Shown piece after piece: positions 7,427 to 15,781 of a stretch of 23,340 bases of DNA. Origin of the DNA: a candidate division WOR-3 bacterium (GTDB lineage: Bacteria; Hydrothermota; Tepidihabitantia; B3-TA06); the NCBI GenBank assembly GCA_965649265.1, contig CBFGKC010000024.1, forward strand, positions 1 through 23,340, in the 5' to 3' direction. The notes under the pieces were generated by a model. That model was not told the origin of the DNA. It made no database searches and worked only from the letters and a program-made list of their open reading frames with translations. Position 1 is the stretch's first letter. Every line of letters begins with the position of its first letter. A program made the position numbers and the translations under genes.

Positions 7427-8089
7427 ATTCACAGACGCTTTGCCGGGCCTTCGCCCATTCCAAAACGCCGTCACCGCATAAATAACGAAATAAGATCGGA
7501 TTATGTGAGAGTGGTAGGCGTAGACAAAAAAATGATAGGTATCCTTCCGATAAAGGAAGCGATGCGTATGGCTATAGCTCAAGGTTACGATCTGGTTGAG
7601 ATAGCACCTGAGGCCGATCCCCCAGTTTGCAGGATTCTCGATTACGGCAAGTTCCTCTATGAAGAGAAAGCCAAGCAGCAGGCAGCCAAGAAGCACCAGC
7701 ATACGGTCTCTGTCCGTCAGATGCGTCTGACTCTCAAGATCAGCGAACACGATTTCGACACAAAGGTTCGCAAGATGAGGGAATTTCTTGAGGCCAAGGA
7801 CAGGGTAAAACTTACTGTTATTCTTCGCGGGCGTGAAGTCGTTCACAAGGACCGGGGACTTGAGATGATAGAACGCATAAGAGAGAAAATATCAGACGTA
7901 GCCGTAATGGAAGGCGAACCGACCATCGAAGGAACGACCAGACAATCCTGGCAGACGATGTTTTTGCCGAGCAAGGGGGCTGGAAAAACAAATGTCAAGA
8001 AGGACGTTCGCGCCGGGGAAAACGATGAAGTAAATAAAGTGGAGCAACATGATGGAGTATCCGGTGCTGCGTTGAAGGAAGAGGAATAA
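7427..8089 (+). CDS. infC: Translation initiation factor IF-3 (ATT start)
   Basis: RINNEIR...DLVEIAP...PPVCRILDYGKFLYE and HDFDTK. The SD GGAGG (7416-7420) lies 6 nt from ATT at 7427. Confidence 0.96.
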   Translation: MHRRFAGPSPIPKRRHRINNEIRSDYVRVVGVDKKMIGILPIKEAMRMAIAQGYDLVEIAPEADPPVCRILDYGKFLYEEKAKQQAAKKHQHTVSVRQMRLTLKISEHDFDTKVRKMREFLEAKDRVKLTVILRGREVVHKDRGLEMIERIREKISDVAVMEGEPTIEGTTRQSWQTMFLPSKGAGKTNVKKDVRAGENDEVNKVEQHDGVSGAALKEEE

Positions 8090-8123
8090 GATTTAAAGAG
8101 TACTCATTTTAAGGAGATAAAAA

Positions 8124-8354
8124 ATGCCGAAACAAAAAACAAAGCGCTCTCTTGCAAAGAGGGTAAAGGTAACGGGCACCGGAAAGCTCAAAAGATACAA
8201 GTCCGGTCACAGCCACCTTCTTGAATGCAAGAGCACGCCGCAAAGACGCGGATTGAGGCAGCCCGCTCTTATAGAGGGGGGAAACGAACGTCGAATGAAA
8301 AGGATGCTGCCCAATGTTGGTAATACAAAAGTCAAAAAAGCACAAGGAGCGTAG
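8124..8354 (+). CDS. rpmI: 50S ribosomal protein L35
   Basis: MPKQKTKRSLAKRVKVTGTGKLKR...HLL, with SD AGGAG and the canonical infC-rpmI-rplT order. Confidence 0.95.
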   Translation: MPKQKTKRSLAKRVKVTGTGKLKRYKSGHSHLLECKSTPQRRGLRQPALIEGGNERRMKRMLPNVGNTKVKKAQGA

Positions 8355-8357
8355 AGA

Positions 8358-8735
8358 ATGCCGCGAGTAAAAGGTGGACCGGCGGGTCATGCCCGCAAGA
8401 TGAAGTGGCGTCACTATGCCGAAGGTTACTGGGGTGGTCGTCATCGCCTATCCAGAACGATACGCACCGCGGTTCAAAAAGCATGGCAGTCGAGCTACCG
8501 TGACAGGCGCCGCAAAAAACGCGAGATGCGTGCCCTTTGGAACATACGCATCAATGCAGCGCTCAGGCCTTTGGGATTGAATTACAGCGGATTTATCTAC
8601 GGACTCAAGCAGTCCGGAATCGATATTTCAAGAAAAACCCTGGCCCAACTTGCCGTAGAAAACCCACAAGACTTTGCCCTTCTTGCAGGGAAGGTCAAGG
8701 AGGGTATGAATGCCGGCAAGACTAGCAGCACTTAA
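8358..8735 (+). CDS. rplT: 50S ribosomal protein L20
   Basis: MPRVKGG...GYWGGR...YRDRRRKKREMRALWNIRINAA...RKTLAQLA. Confidence 0.97.
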   Translation: MPRVKGGPAGHARKMKWRHYAEGYWGGRHRLSRTIRTAVQKAWQSSYRDRRRKKREMRALWNIRINAALRPLGLNYSGFIYGLKQSGIDISRKTLAQLAVENPQDFALLAGKVKEGMNAGKTSST

Positions 8736-9726
8736 GTCCGAAGCGTTAGCCGCAGTCGGTGCGGCCCAAAACGCCCAAGACCTGGAGGCTGTGAGGGTTC
8801 GTATCCTGGGGCGCAAAGGGGAACTCACTACTGTTTTGCGAACCCTGAAGGACCTTCCTGAAGATGAGCGCCGTTCGGTGGGTCAAGCTGCAAATGCGCT
8901 TAAGGAAGAATTAGAATCCCTCATAGAGACTAAAATCGAGGAGCTTGGTCGGGTAAAAAAGAGTCCGAAGATTGATCTGACACTTCCTGGGCGTAAGAAG
9001 TTCCATGGGTACCTGCATCCTTTAACGATAGTTACGAACAGGATAGTTGAGATCTTTACGAGTATGGGGTTTGAAGAGATCAGGGGGCCCGAGGTTGAGA
9101 CGGACTGGTATAACTTCGAGGCACTGAACATCCCTGAGGGGCACCCCGCCCGCGGCGAGATGTTCGGTAACTTTTATCTGCCCGGCGGGCTCTTGTTGCG
9201 TTCCCACACCTCGCCCGTACAGATACGGGCAATGGAAAAGATGAAACCCCCGGTCAGAGTAATTGCACCGGGTAGGGTCTTCAGACGTGATGCCTTTGAC
9301 GCATCTCATTCACCCGTGTTTCACCAGGTTGAGGGACTTTATGTTGATGAAGGCGTGAGTTTTGCCGACCTCAAGGGAACGTTGGAGGTTTTTTCACAGG
9401 AGATGTTCGGCGAGGATATAAAAGTTAAATTCTCACCCTCTTACTTTCCGTTCACCGAACCATCTGCCGAGCTTTCCATATCCTGCGTCATATGTGGGGG
9501 GGAGGGGTGCAGCATGTGTTCGCACACCGGTTGGTTGGAAATACTCGGTTCGGGAGTCGTTCACCCGCAGGTGCTTCGCAACGTGGGATACGATCCCGAA
9601 AAGGTCCGGGGTTTTGCCTTTGGAATGGGCATAGAAAGAATTGCTATCATCAAGTATGGTATTGACGATATAAGAAATTTCTACAACAATGACATGAGAT
9701 TCCTGCGGCAATTCAGAGAGACATGA
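8710..9726 (+). CDS. pheS: Phenylalanine--tRNA ligase alpha subunit
   Basis: HPLT, NFEALNIP..HPAR, LLRSHTSPVQIR, FHQVEGL, YFPFTEPSAE and GFAFGMGIER. SD GGAGG lies 6 nt upstream of ATG 8710. Confidence 0.98.
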   Translation: MPARLAALKSEALAAVGAAQNAQDLEAVRVRILGRKGELTTVLRTLKDLPEDERRSVGQAANALKEELESLIETKIEELGRVKKSPKIDLTLPGRKKFHGYLHPLTIVTNRIVEIFTSMGFEEIRGPEVETDWYNFEALNIPEGHPARGEMFGNFYLPGGLLLRSHTSPVQIRAMEKMKPPVRVIAPGRVFRRDAFDASHSPVFHQVEGLYVDEGVSFADLKGTLEVFSQEMFGEDIKVKFSPSYFPFTEPSAELSISCVICGGEGCSMCSHTGWLEILGSGVVHPQVLRNVGYDPEKVRGFAFGMGIERIAIIKYGIDDIRNFYNNDMRFLRQFRET

Positions 9727-9737
9727 ACAGTTTAAAC

Positions 9738-9761
9738 AAGGGTGGACCAGCCCTTTATTTT
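9738..9761 (+). terminator. Weak possible intrinsic terminator after pheS
   Basis: AAGGGT-GGACCA-GCCCTT stem followed by TATTTT. Confidence 0.35.
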
Positions 9762-9781
9762 AAAAAAAGGGGGAACAAATC

Positions 9782-11182
9782 ATGCGGTGGGGTAAAATAA
9801 CATCGGATTGGAACTCTCGTAAGGATTGTTCGAATCTTCGGGGTGTTTCAAAAAGTATAATTGTTTCAGCCGGGCTTTTCATCCTGGCTTTTTCCGGTTG
9901 TGCCTACTTCAACACATTTTACAACGCCGATCGCTACTACAGGGAAGGACTTAACAAAGAAGAGTCCGGAAAAGGAACAGGTAAGGAATCATTCCAGAAA
10001 TCTCTTGAGAAAGCCGTTTCTGTGGCTAAGAAGTATCCCGATTCAAGATGGATTGACGATGCTTTTTTTCTCATTGCCATGGATTACTTCTGGATGCAGA
10101 ACTATGAAAAAGCACTCATCCAGTTCGAAAGGTTCATAAACAACTTTCCTGAGAGCCCTTTTATTGAAGAAGCAAAATACCGTCATGCGCAAACCCTTAT
10201 CGAATTGAAGCGCTATTCCGACGGTAGACTTGAGTTGAAAGAGATGTTTTCGTCGCCCCGTTATGGTAAGCAGGCTCTTTTTACATGGTCCGATGCTTTC
10301 AGAAGAGAAGAGGATTGGCAGGCTGCAAGCAAGGCTTTCGAAGATTTTCTTGAACGCTATCCTTACGGCGAGATGTCAAACCAGGCAAGACTTAACCTGG
10401 CAGAAATAGAACTCTCAGGAGGCGATACCCTTTCAGCAATAAGGGTTTATGATAGATTTCTCAAGCGCGCTGAAACCTCAAAAGAGAACTTCCAAAAGGC
10501 TCTGACCCTTGCGAATTTATATTACGTAAAAGGTTCTTACAAAGACGCTCGCAAGGTTTTGAAGGGTATCAAAGGGCGCTACTCATCGATAGATGAGCAA
10601 GTAGAATTGCTTCTTGGCAAGATAGAATTGGCCGAGCAGGATACTGCGGATGCGGAAAAAATACTTGCAAAGGTGCCGTCAGGTTCTAGCGGCAGCAGGG
10701 CTGAGGCTTTTTATATCCTTGCGAATCTTTACGAACTAGAGGGAAAGATCGACCTGGCCCTTGCCTATTATGATACAATTGGTAAGATGAGCAGCCAGGA
10801 GCGGCGCGCAAATTACGTTGCACTTTCGGAACGAAAAAAATCGCTGCTGGAAGCTCGGACTACGCAGCCGGATTCATCGTCCGCTGGAAAAATAGATCCT
10901 GCGAAAGAACAGTTTCTTCTTGCTCAAACCTATTTGCTGAGCATGGGCGATTCAAAGAGGGCACTGGAGGAATACCAAAGAGTGGTATCGGGATACCCGG
11001 AAAGTGAGTATGCTCCAAAAGCACTCTACGGGATAGCGTGGATTAAACGTTACAGATTAAAAGATACCCTCTGGACAGAAGATGTTGATCTCCTGAGACA
11101 GCGCTATCCCGAAAGTCCTGCGGCTAAGGAATCGCTAAACCTTTTGAGCAATGATGCAACTCCACCAGGCGACTCTTCTTGA
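9782..11182 (+). CDS. TPR-repeat lipoprotein (possibly SprE/PorW- or BamD/YfiO-like)
   Basis: Lipobox AFSG-C40 followed by AYFNTFYNA, and repeated 'YP.S' TPR motifs (KYPDSRWIDDA, NFPESPF, YPESEYAPKA). Confidence 0.8.
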   Translation: MRWGKITSDWNSRKDCSNLRGVSKSIIVSAGLFILAFSGCAYFNTFYNADRYYREGLNKEESGKGTGKESFQKSLEKAVSVAKKYPDSRWIDDAFFLIAMDYFWMQNYEKALIQFERFINNFPESPFIEEAKYRHAQTLIELKRYSDGRLELKEMFSSPRYGKQALFTWSDAFRREEDWQAASKAFEDFLERYPYGEMSNQARLNLAEIELSGGDTLSAIRVYDRFLKRAETSKENFQKALTLANLYYVKGSYKDARKVLKGIKGRYSSIDEQVELLLGKIELAEQDTADAEKILAKVPSGSSGSRAEAFYILANLYELEGKIDLALAYYDTIGKMSSQERRANYVALSERKKSLLEARTTQPDSSSAGKIDPAKEQFLLAQTYLLSMGDSKRALEEYQRVVSGYPESEYAPKALYGIAWIKRYRLKDTLWTEDVDLLRQRYPESPAAKESLNLLSNDATPPGDSS

Positions 11183-11900
11183 ACGTCGGGAACTAGGTCC
11201 CGGACTTTTTTCTCTCAAACTAGATCTTCCGGGAATAGGTGAAGTGAACCCGGGTCAGTTTTTCGAATTCTTGACTGAAGTGAGGTTTTTGCCCAGAGCC
11301 TTGTCTGTTGCCGATAAAAACGAAAACACCCTTACTTTTGTCTTGCGTGTAGTCGGTCCCGGAACAAGCTGGCTTTCGGGTCTAAGTGAATCATCCGTGA
11401 TAAATTTAAGGGGGCCTTTGGGACGCGGTGTGCCTATCCCTGATGAAGGCCCCGTCATGCTTCTTGCAGGCGGAGTTGGCGCCGCTCCTCTTCTTTATCT
11501 GGCACGCAAACTTCGCGAAAAACCAATTGCTGCCTCGGTATTACTGGCGGCAAGCACAAGAAATGAACTCATTCTCGTGGACGAATTTCGTGCTTTATGC
11601 GAGAATGTGACTTTGGCGACAGACGACGGGTCGGCCGGTCATAAAGGATTTCTGACTGATATCTTGCCGCATCTGCCTGACGTAAACAAGGTCAAACAGT
11701 TTTACGCCTGCGGACCTAAAGCTATGTTCTGCTCTTTGAAACGCCTTTCTTTAACTCAGACGGTATATGCGTTTCTTGAATCCCGAATGGGCTGCGGAAC
11801 AGGCCTTTGTGTGGGCTGCGCTGTCCTAGGTCGCGACGGTATCTTTCACAGGGTTTGCCTTGAGGGTCCTGTTTTTAATCTTGAGGACATTGAGCTGTGA
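11151..11900 (+). CDS. pyrK: Dihydroorotate dehydrogenase B electron transfer subunit
   Basis: PGQF, GPLGRG, LAGGVGAAPL, ACGP and the 2Fe-2S motif MGCGTGLCVGC...VCLEGPVF. Start 11151 or 11154. Confidence 0.95.
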   Translation: MMQLHQATLLERRELGPGLFSLKLDLPGIGEVNPGQFFEFLTEVRFLPRALSVADKNENTLTFVLRVVGPGTSWLSGLSESSVINLRGPLGRGVPIPDEGPVMLLAGGVGAAPLLYLARKLREKPIAASVLLAASTRNELILVDEFRALCENVTLATDDGSAGHKGFLTDILPHLPDVNKVKQFYACGPKAMFCSLKRLSLTQTVYAFLESRMGCGTGLCVGCAVLGRDGIFHRVCLEGPVFNLEDIEL

Positions 11901-12799
11901 GTCTTGAGGTCTCAATTGGTGCAAATCGGTTCAGGAACCCTCTGGTGCTGGCATCAGGTACCTTTGGATACGGTTTGACTTTTACAGATGTAGTACAGAG
12001 CGTCGGTGTCCTTGTAACCAAGGGTATAACGGTCAAGCCAAGAAAAGGTAATTCCGTGCCTCGAATATGGGACACACGTGAAACGGTCGTCAATTCGGTG
12101 GGGCTCGAGAATGTGGGACTCGAGCGTTTCAAGAATCAAATCTTGCCGTCCATCAAAGTGACTACGCCGGTTTATGTCAATCTTGCCGGTGTGACACCTG
12201 ACGACTTCAGAGAGCTTGTCTTAACTTTGAACGATGATCAAAAAGTAACCGGGTTTGAGCTCAACCTTTCGTGTCCGAACGTTAAAGAAGGCGGTACTTC
12301 TCTTGGCCAATCCCCAATTACAGTTGCGAGGGTTACCGAACTCTGCAGGTCACTCACAAAAAAACCCGTGTGGGTGAAGCTTACGAGTAATTTTTGCGAT
12401 GTTAGAGAAACCTCTGTTGCAGCAGCTGAAGCGGGAGCGGATGCGATTGTTCTCGTAAACACTCTCAATGCGCTCGTGATTGATACCTCAAAGCGGAAAC
12501 CCTTTTTAGGAGCAGGTTCGGGCGGTCTTTCAGGTCCGGCGCTCAAGCCTCACGTTCTTTACATTATCAGGGAAGTTTCCCGCAGAATCTCAATTCCCAT
12601 CATAGGATCTGGTGGTGCCGTTTCAGGGCTTGACGTTATAGATTTTTTGCTTTCAGGTGCCAGTATGGTTCAGATAGGCAGCGCCAACCTTGTTGATCCG
12701 GAAAGCGCTTTGCGTATTCTTAAAGAAATTCAAGTTTATTTTGAGAGGGAGGGTATCAGTTCGCCCTCCGAGCTCATAGGTCGATTGGAGGAAAGATGA
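11897..12799 (+). CDS. pyrD: Dihydroorotate dehydrogenase B catalytic subunit
   Basis: NPLVLASGTFG, NSVGLENVG, ELNLSCPNV, VKLT and GGLSGPALKP. GTGA overlap with pyrK. Confidence 0.97.
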   Translation: MSLEVSIGANRFRNPLVLASGTFGYGLTFTDVVQSVGVLVTKGITVKPRKGNSVPRIWDTRETVVNSVGLENVGLERFKNQILPSIKVTTPVYVNLAGVTPDDFRELVLTLNDDQKVTGFELNLSCPNVKEGGTSLGQSPITVARVTELCRSLTKKPVWVKLTSNFCDVRETSVAAAEAGADAIVLVNTLNALVIDTSKRKPFLGAGSGGLSGPALKPHVLYIIREVSRRISIPIIGSGGAVSGLDVIDFLLSGASMVQIGSANLVDPESALRILKEIQVYFEREGISSPSELIGRLEER

Positions 12800-13487
12800 C
12801 CGACATTATTGTTGCCGCGAATCTTGCATCCATGGATGAGTTGAAAGCTTTCGTCAAGAAGACTTCCCGACATCTTAACTACTACAAGATAGACTCGGGC
12901 CTTTTCACGAAGACTGGTCCCGATGCTATAAAACTTATCAAGGATGCAGGAAGAAAGATTTTTCTTGACCTCAAGTTTCACGACATTCCTTCCACGGTTG
13001 CTCGGGCGGCGGCCGACTGTATAGAACTTGGTGTTGACATGTTCAACGTTCACGCCATGGGCGGCTTCGAAATGATGCCGCAGTCAAGGAAACGTGGAGC
13101 CTGCATGATGGAACTCCTATCATTCTTGGAGTTACCATACTTACTTCCATTGACGAGGCTGCTTTCCGGGATCTTTTCGGTTCGCCGGCAAACAGTCTCA
13201 ACGAACACGTTATCCTGCTCGCCCAGCTTGCAAAAAGCGCCGGTCTTTCGGGCGTGGTTGCTTCGGCAAACGAAGTAAAGACGATCAAGGAAAAATGTGG
13301 TAAAGATTTTGTTGTAGTTACGCCCGGAATCAGACTTCCTAATGAGGCGAAACAGGATCAAATGCGGATAGACACACCTAAGGGCGCGGCCATGTCCGGC
13401 GCAGACTACATCGTTGTAGGAAGGCCTATCGTTGAGGCAGCCGATCCTGTAGCGATAATCGAAAGGTACAAAAAGGAGCTTTCATAA
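12796..13487 (+). pseudogene. pyrF: Orotidine-5'-phosphate decarboxylase, frameshifted near 13077 (pseudogene or sequence error)
   Basis: The first frame carries FLDLKFHDIPSTV...NVHAMGGFEMM. The -1 frame from 13077 continues AAVKE...ILGVTILTS...GVVAS...VTPGIR...DQMR..TP...GADYIVVGRPI to TAA 13485-13487. Confidence 0.88.
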
Positions 13488-14047
13488 TGAGTGCGGCGGA
13501 TCTTCTTATTCTAGCCAAGGGGTGTGGCGCAATAAAGGAGGGGCATTTTCTCCTGCGTTCTGGCATGCATTCCGGAGTTTATGTGGAGAAATTCTATTTA
13601 CTCGAGCGTCCCGATGTGCTTTCTCTTTTTGCGGAAACACTGTGTTCTAAACTTGCCGGGCCGTTTGATCGCGTTGTTGGTCCGTCACTGGGAGGGATGC
13701 TGGTAGCGTACGAAGTGGCCAGGCACTTGGGGCTGCCTGCAAGTTATGCCGAAAAGGGCGATGGTGAGGACATGGTTTTGAGAAGAGGGAGAAGCGTTGT
13801 TCCGGAGGAGAAGATACTGGTTGTCGATGATGTAATGACTACAGGGGGGTCGGTGTTGAAGACCGTCGCCGCTGTTAAAGCAAAAGGTGGCATTGTCTCG
13901 CAGATCGGGGTACTTGTAGATCGGGCTGCCGAACCGCCGTCAGGGTTGACTTACGTATCTGCTTTACGGTATGTGCTGCCGGCTTATGAGGCAGCCACTT
14001 GTCCTTTGTGTTCTAAGGGATTGCCGCTCGTCAGACTGGGAGGTTGA
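13487..14047 (+). CDS. pyrE: Orotate phosphoribosyltransferase
   Basis: GHFLLRSGMHS, PRPP-binding loop ILVVDDVMTTGGS and a C-terminal CPLC. TAATG overlap with pyrF. Confidence 0.96.
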   Translation: MSAADLLILAKGCGAIKEGHFLLRSGMHSGVYVEKFYLLERPDVLSLFAETLCSKLAGPFDRVVGPSLGGMLVAYEVARHLGLPASYAEKGDGEDMVLRRGRSVVPEEKILVVDDVMTTGGSVLKTVAAVKAKGGIVSQIGVLVDRAAEPPSGLTYVSALRYVLPAYEAATCPLCSKGLPLVRLGG

Positions 14048-14075
14048 GCGATTTAGTTCTTAGGTTTTACCCGCT

Positions 14076-14465
14076 TCACGTTCTTTTTGACCGCTTTAGA
14101 TTTCTTTTTCCCATCTGTTTTACTCTTTTTATTCCCTTTTTACCGGTCGGTGTTTGGTTGACTTGATCAGTACGGATACCAGCATCGCCTTTTTTTGCCT
14201 CTTTTAGAGAGATCTCAAGTTCGGCTATCTCCTCAAGCAACTTCCTGACGCGAGGTTCCCTGAAAATTGTCGATGAATTTCTTTTTTCTTTTGCGATAGA
14301 ATAAAGAATGCCTCCGAGGGCGGCGAATTTATCTTGTAAGGCTGTGTTTATTCCGAGAACATCGACCTTTAGTCTTCCTCGTCGGGCTATATCCTCGGTT
14401 TCCTTGATCGCAGAGCGTGTAGCCTCCGCAAGCCACGAAGCTACTTCTTTCCAAAGGTCGGGCAT
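14076..14465 (-). CDS. Hypothetical helical/coiled-coil protein with Lys/Arg-rich tail
   Basis: 129-aa ORF with SD AGGAG upstream, co-oriented directly after nadD. Confidence 0.7.
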   Translation of the reverse strand: MPDLWKEVASWLAEATRSAIKETEDIARRGRLKVDVLGINTALQDKFAALGGILYSIAKEKRNSSTIFREPRVRKLLEEIAELEISLKEAKKGDAGIRTDQVNQTPTGKKGIKRVKQMGKRNLKRSKRT

Positions 14466-14474
14466 GACTTCTCC

Positions 14475-15032
14475 TTAGTAAATATTTTTTTTAAGAATAT
14501 ATTCTTCAACTCTTGACGGAAGCATGTAATGGGTGCTTTTGCCGTTTCTTATTCTTTCGCGGATCATTGACGAAGATATGTTGATGAGGGGGAGGTCCGG
14601 GAATTGAACGTTTTTGCTTGCTTCGTCCTTGACCGCGCCGTTTCTGGGCAGTACTATCATTTCGGCCAGATCCATTATTCTTTCAGGATTCCTCCACGTG
14701 TCGAGAGCATCGTATTCGTCTCTTCCTACGATAAGGTACAGTGCTGTATCAGGATGTTTCCTTTTTATGGATGTGAGTGTATCAACCGTAAATGATAACT
14801 TCTCCTCCTTCTCTATCAGGGAAACATCGAATCCAATCCTTCCTTCTATGGCCAAAAGTAGCATCTGAACTCTGTCATCGAATGATGCATGTACCGTTTT
14901 GTGTGGAGGATCGGCTGAAGGCACGAAGAGCATGTTATCGAGGTCAAACGTTTCCTTCACGAGCATTGCGTGAATCATATGAGCGATATGCGGAGGGTCA
15001 AAACGCCCCCCAAAAACGCCGGTGCGTCCCAT
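14475..15032 (-). CDS. nadD: Nicotinate-nucleotide adenylyltransferase
   Basis: GVFGGRFDPPHIAH, PPHK, SFTVDTL and ISSSMIRERI. ATG 15032 overlaps the bamD stop (TGATG). Confidence 0.93.
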   Translation of the reverse strand: MGRTGVFGGRFDPPHIAHMIHAMLVKETFDLDNMLFVPSADPPHKTVHASFDDRVQMLLLAIEGRIGFDVSLIEKEEKLSFTVDTLTSIKRKHPDTALYLIVGRDEYDALDTWRNPERIMDLAEMIVLPRNGAVKDEASKNVQFPDLPLINISSSMIRERIRNGKSTHYMLPSRVEEYILKKNIY

Positions 15033-15781
15033 CACCCTGCTTTCTTCATTCGTTCCAGAGCTTTGGCGGCTTTCTTTTGCCAGTTCGGATTCGCTAGAAG
15101 TTCTTCCAATATAGCCTGGGCTTCTTCGGTTTGACCAAGCGCCTCCTTGCAAAGTCCAAGATAGTAACTCGTCTCCTGGTTCGTTTCTCGGGCAAGAGGA
15201 TACTGAACGAGAATGTATTCAAGTGACATCACAGAAGCGTTGTACTCCTTGAATCTGAAATAGAGTTTTGCTGCTGCAAGTTCCTTGGTCGCGAGTTTCT
15301 CGTCAATTTTGGCCAGCAATTTTCTTGCTTCGGATACGAACCTGGAGTTGGGGTTTCTCGACAAAAAATCGGTTGCTTCCTTTTGAACTTCCAAGGTCAG
15401 CGTTTGTTCCTTGTAATATGGTTCGGAAGTTTCGAATTTCGCCAGAGCTGCCTTTATTCGGGCTTCCTCGGAGAATTCCGATCCTGGAAACTGTTTGTAA
15501 AGAAACTCGTATTCGAGCGTGGCCTCATCGAACTTCTTCATATTGTAATATGACTCGGCAAGGTAAAACTGGGCTTGTGGTATCCGCTCGTCGGTTGGGT
15601 AGTTGAGGACAAAGTAACTGAGGAATTTGACGGCCTCTTTATAGTTGCCTTTCTGGAAAGTTTGCTCTCCAATCAGAATCACGCTATCCTGCGGCAGCGA
15701 TTCGGGTTTTAATTGCTTAGCACTAATCAAGCTTGTCGAGAAAATCCAGAGCAATAAAAAGCATCTTGGAAGTTTGTTCAA
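15032..15781 (-). CDS. bamD: Outer membrane protein assembly factor BamD-like TPR protein
   Basis: AQFYLAESYY, FPGSEFSEEA, PYYKEQTLT, FLSRNPNSRFVSEA and EKLATKELAAAKLYFR match the BamD/YfiO architecture. TTG start overlaps the upstream stop. Confidence 0.78.
   Translation of the reverse strand: MNKLPRCFLLLWIFSTSLISAKQLKPESLPQDSVILIGEQTFQKGNYKEAVKFLSYFVLNYPTDERIPQAQFYLAESYYNMKKFDEATLEYEFLYKQFPGSEFSEEARIKAALAKFETSEPYYKEQTLTLEVQKEATDFLSRNPNSRFVSEARKLLAKIDEKLATKELAAAKLYFRFKEYNASVMSLEYILVQYPLARETNQETSYYLGLCKEALGQTEEAQAILEELLANPNWQKKAAKALERMKKAG

Noticed and set aside
5519-7846. Long antisense ORFs over thrS/infC (236, 169, 111 and 170 aa)
   Set aside because: These are shadow ORFs of strongly conserved genes with no recognisable motifs.
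13038-13090. Programmed -1 ribosomal frameshift in pyrF
   Set aside because: There is no slippery heptamer or evident stimulatory structure in the overlap window; an indel is the simpler explanation.
14048-14075. Bidirectional terminator between converging operons
   Set aside because: No convincing stem-loop in the 28-bp gap.
15033-15152. 40-aa N-terminal extension of NadD in the ORF track
   Set aside because: It overlaps bamD, and the TGATG-coupled ATG at 15032 gives a normal NadD N-terminus.
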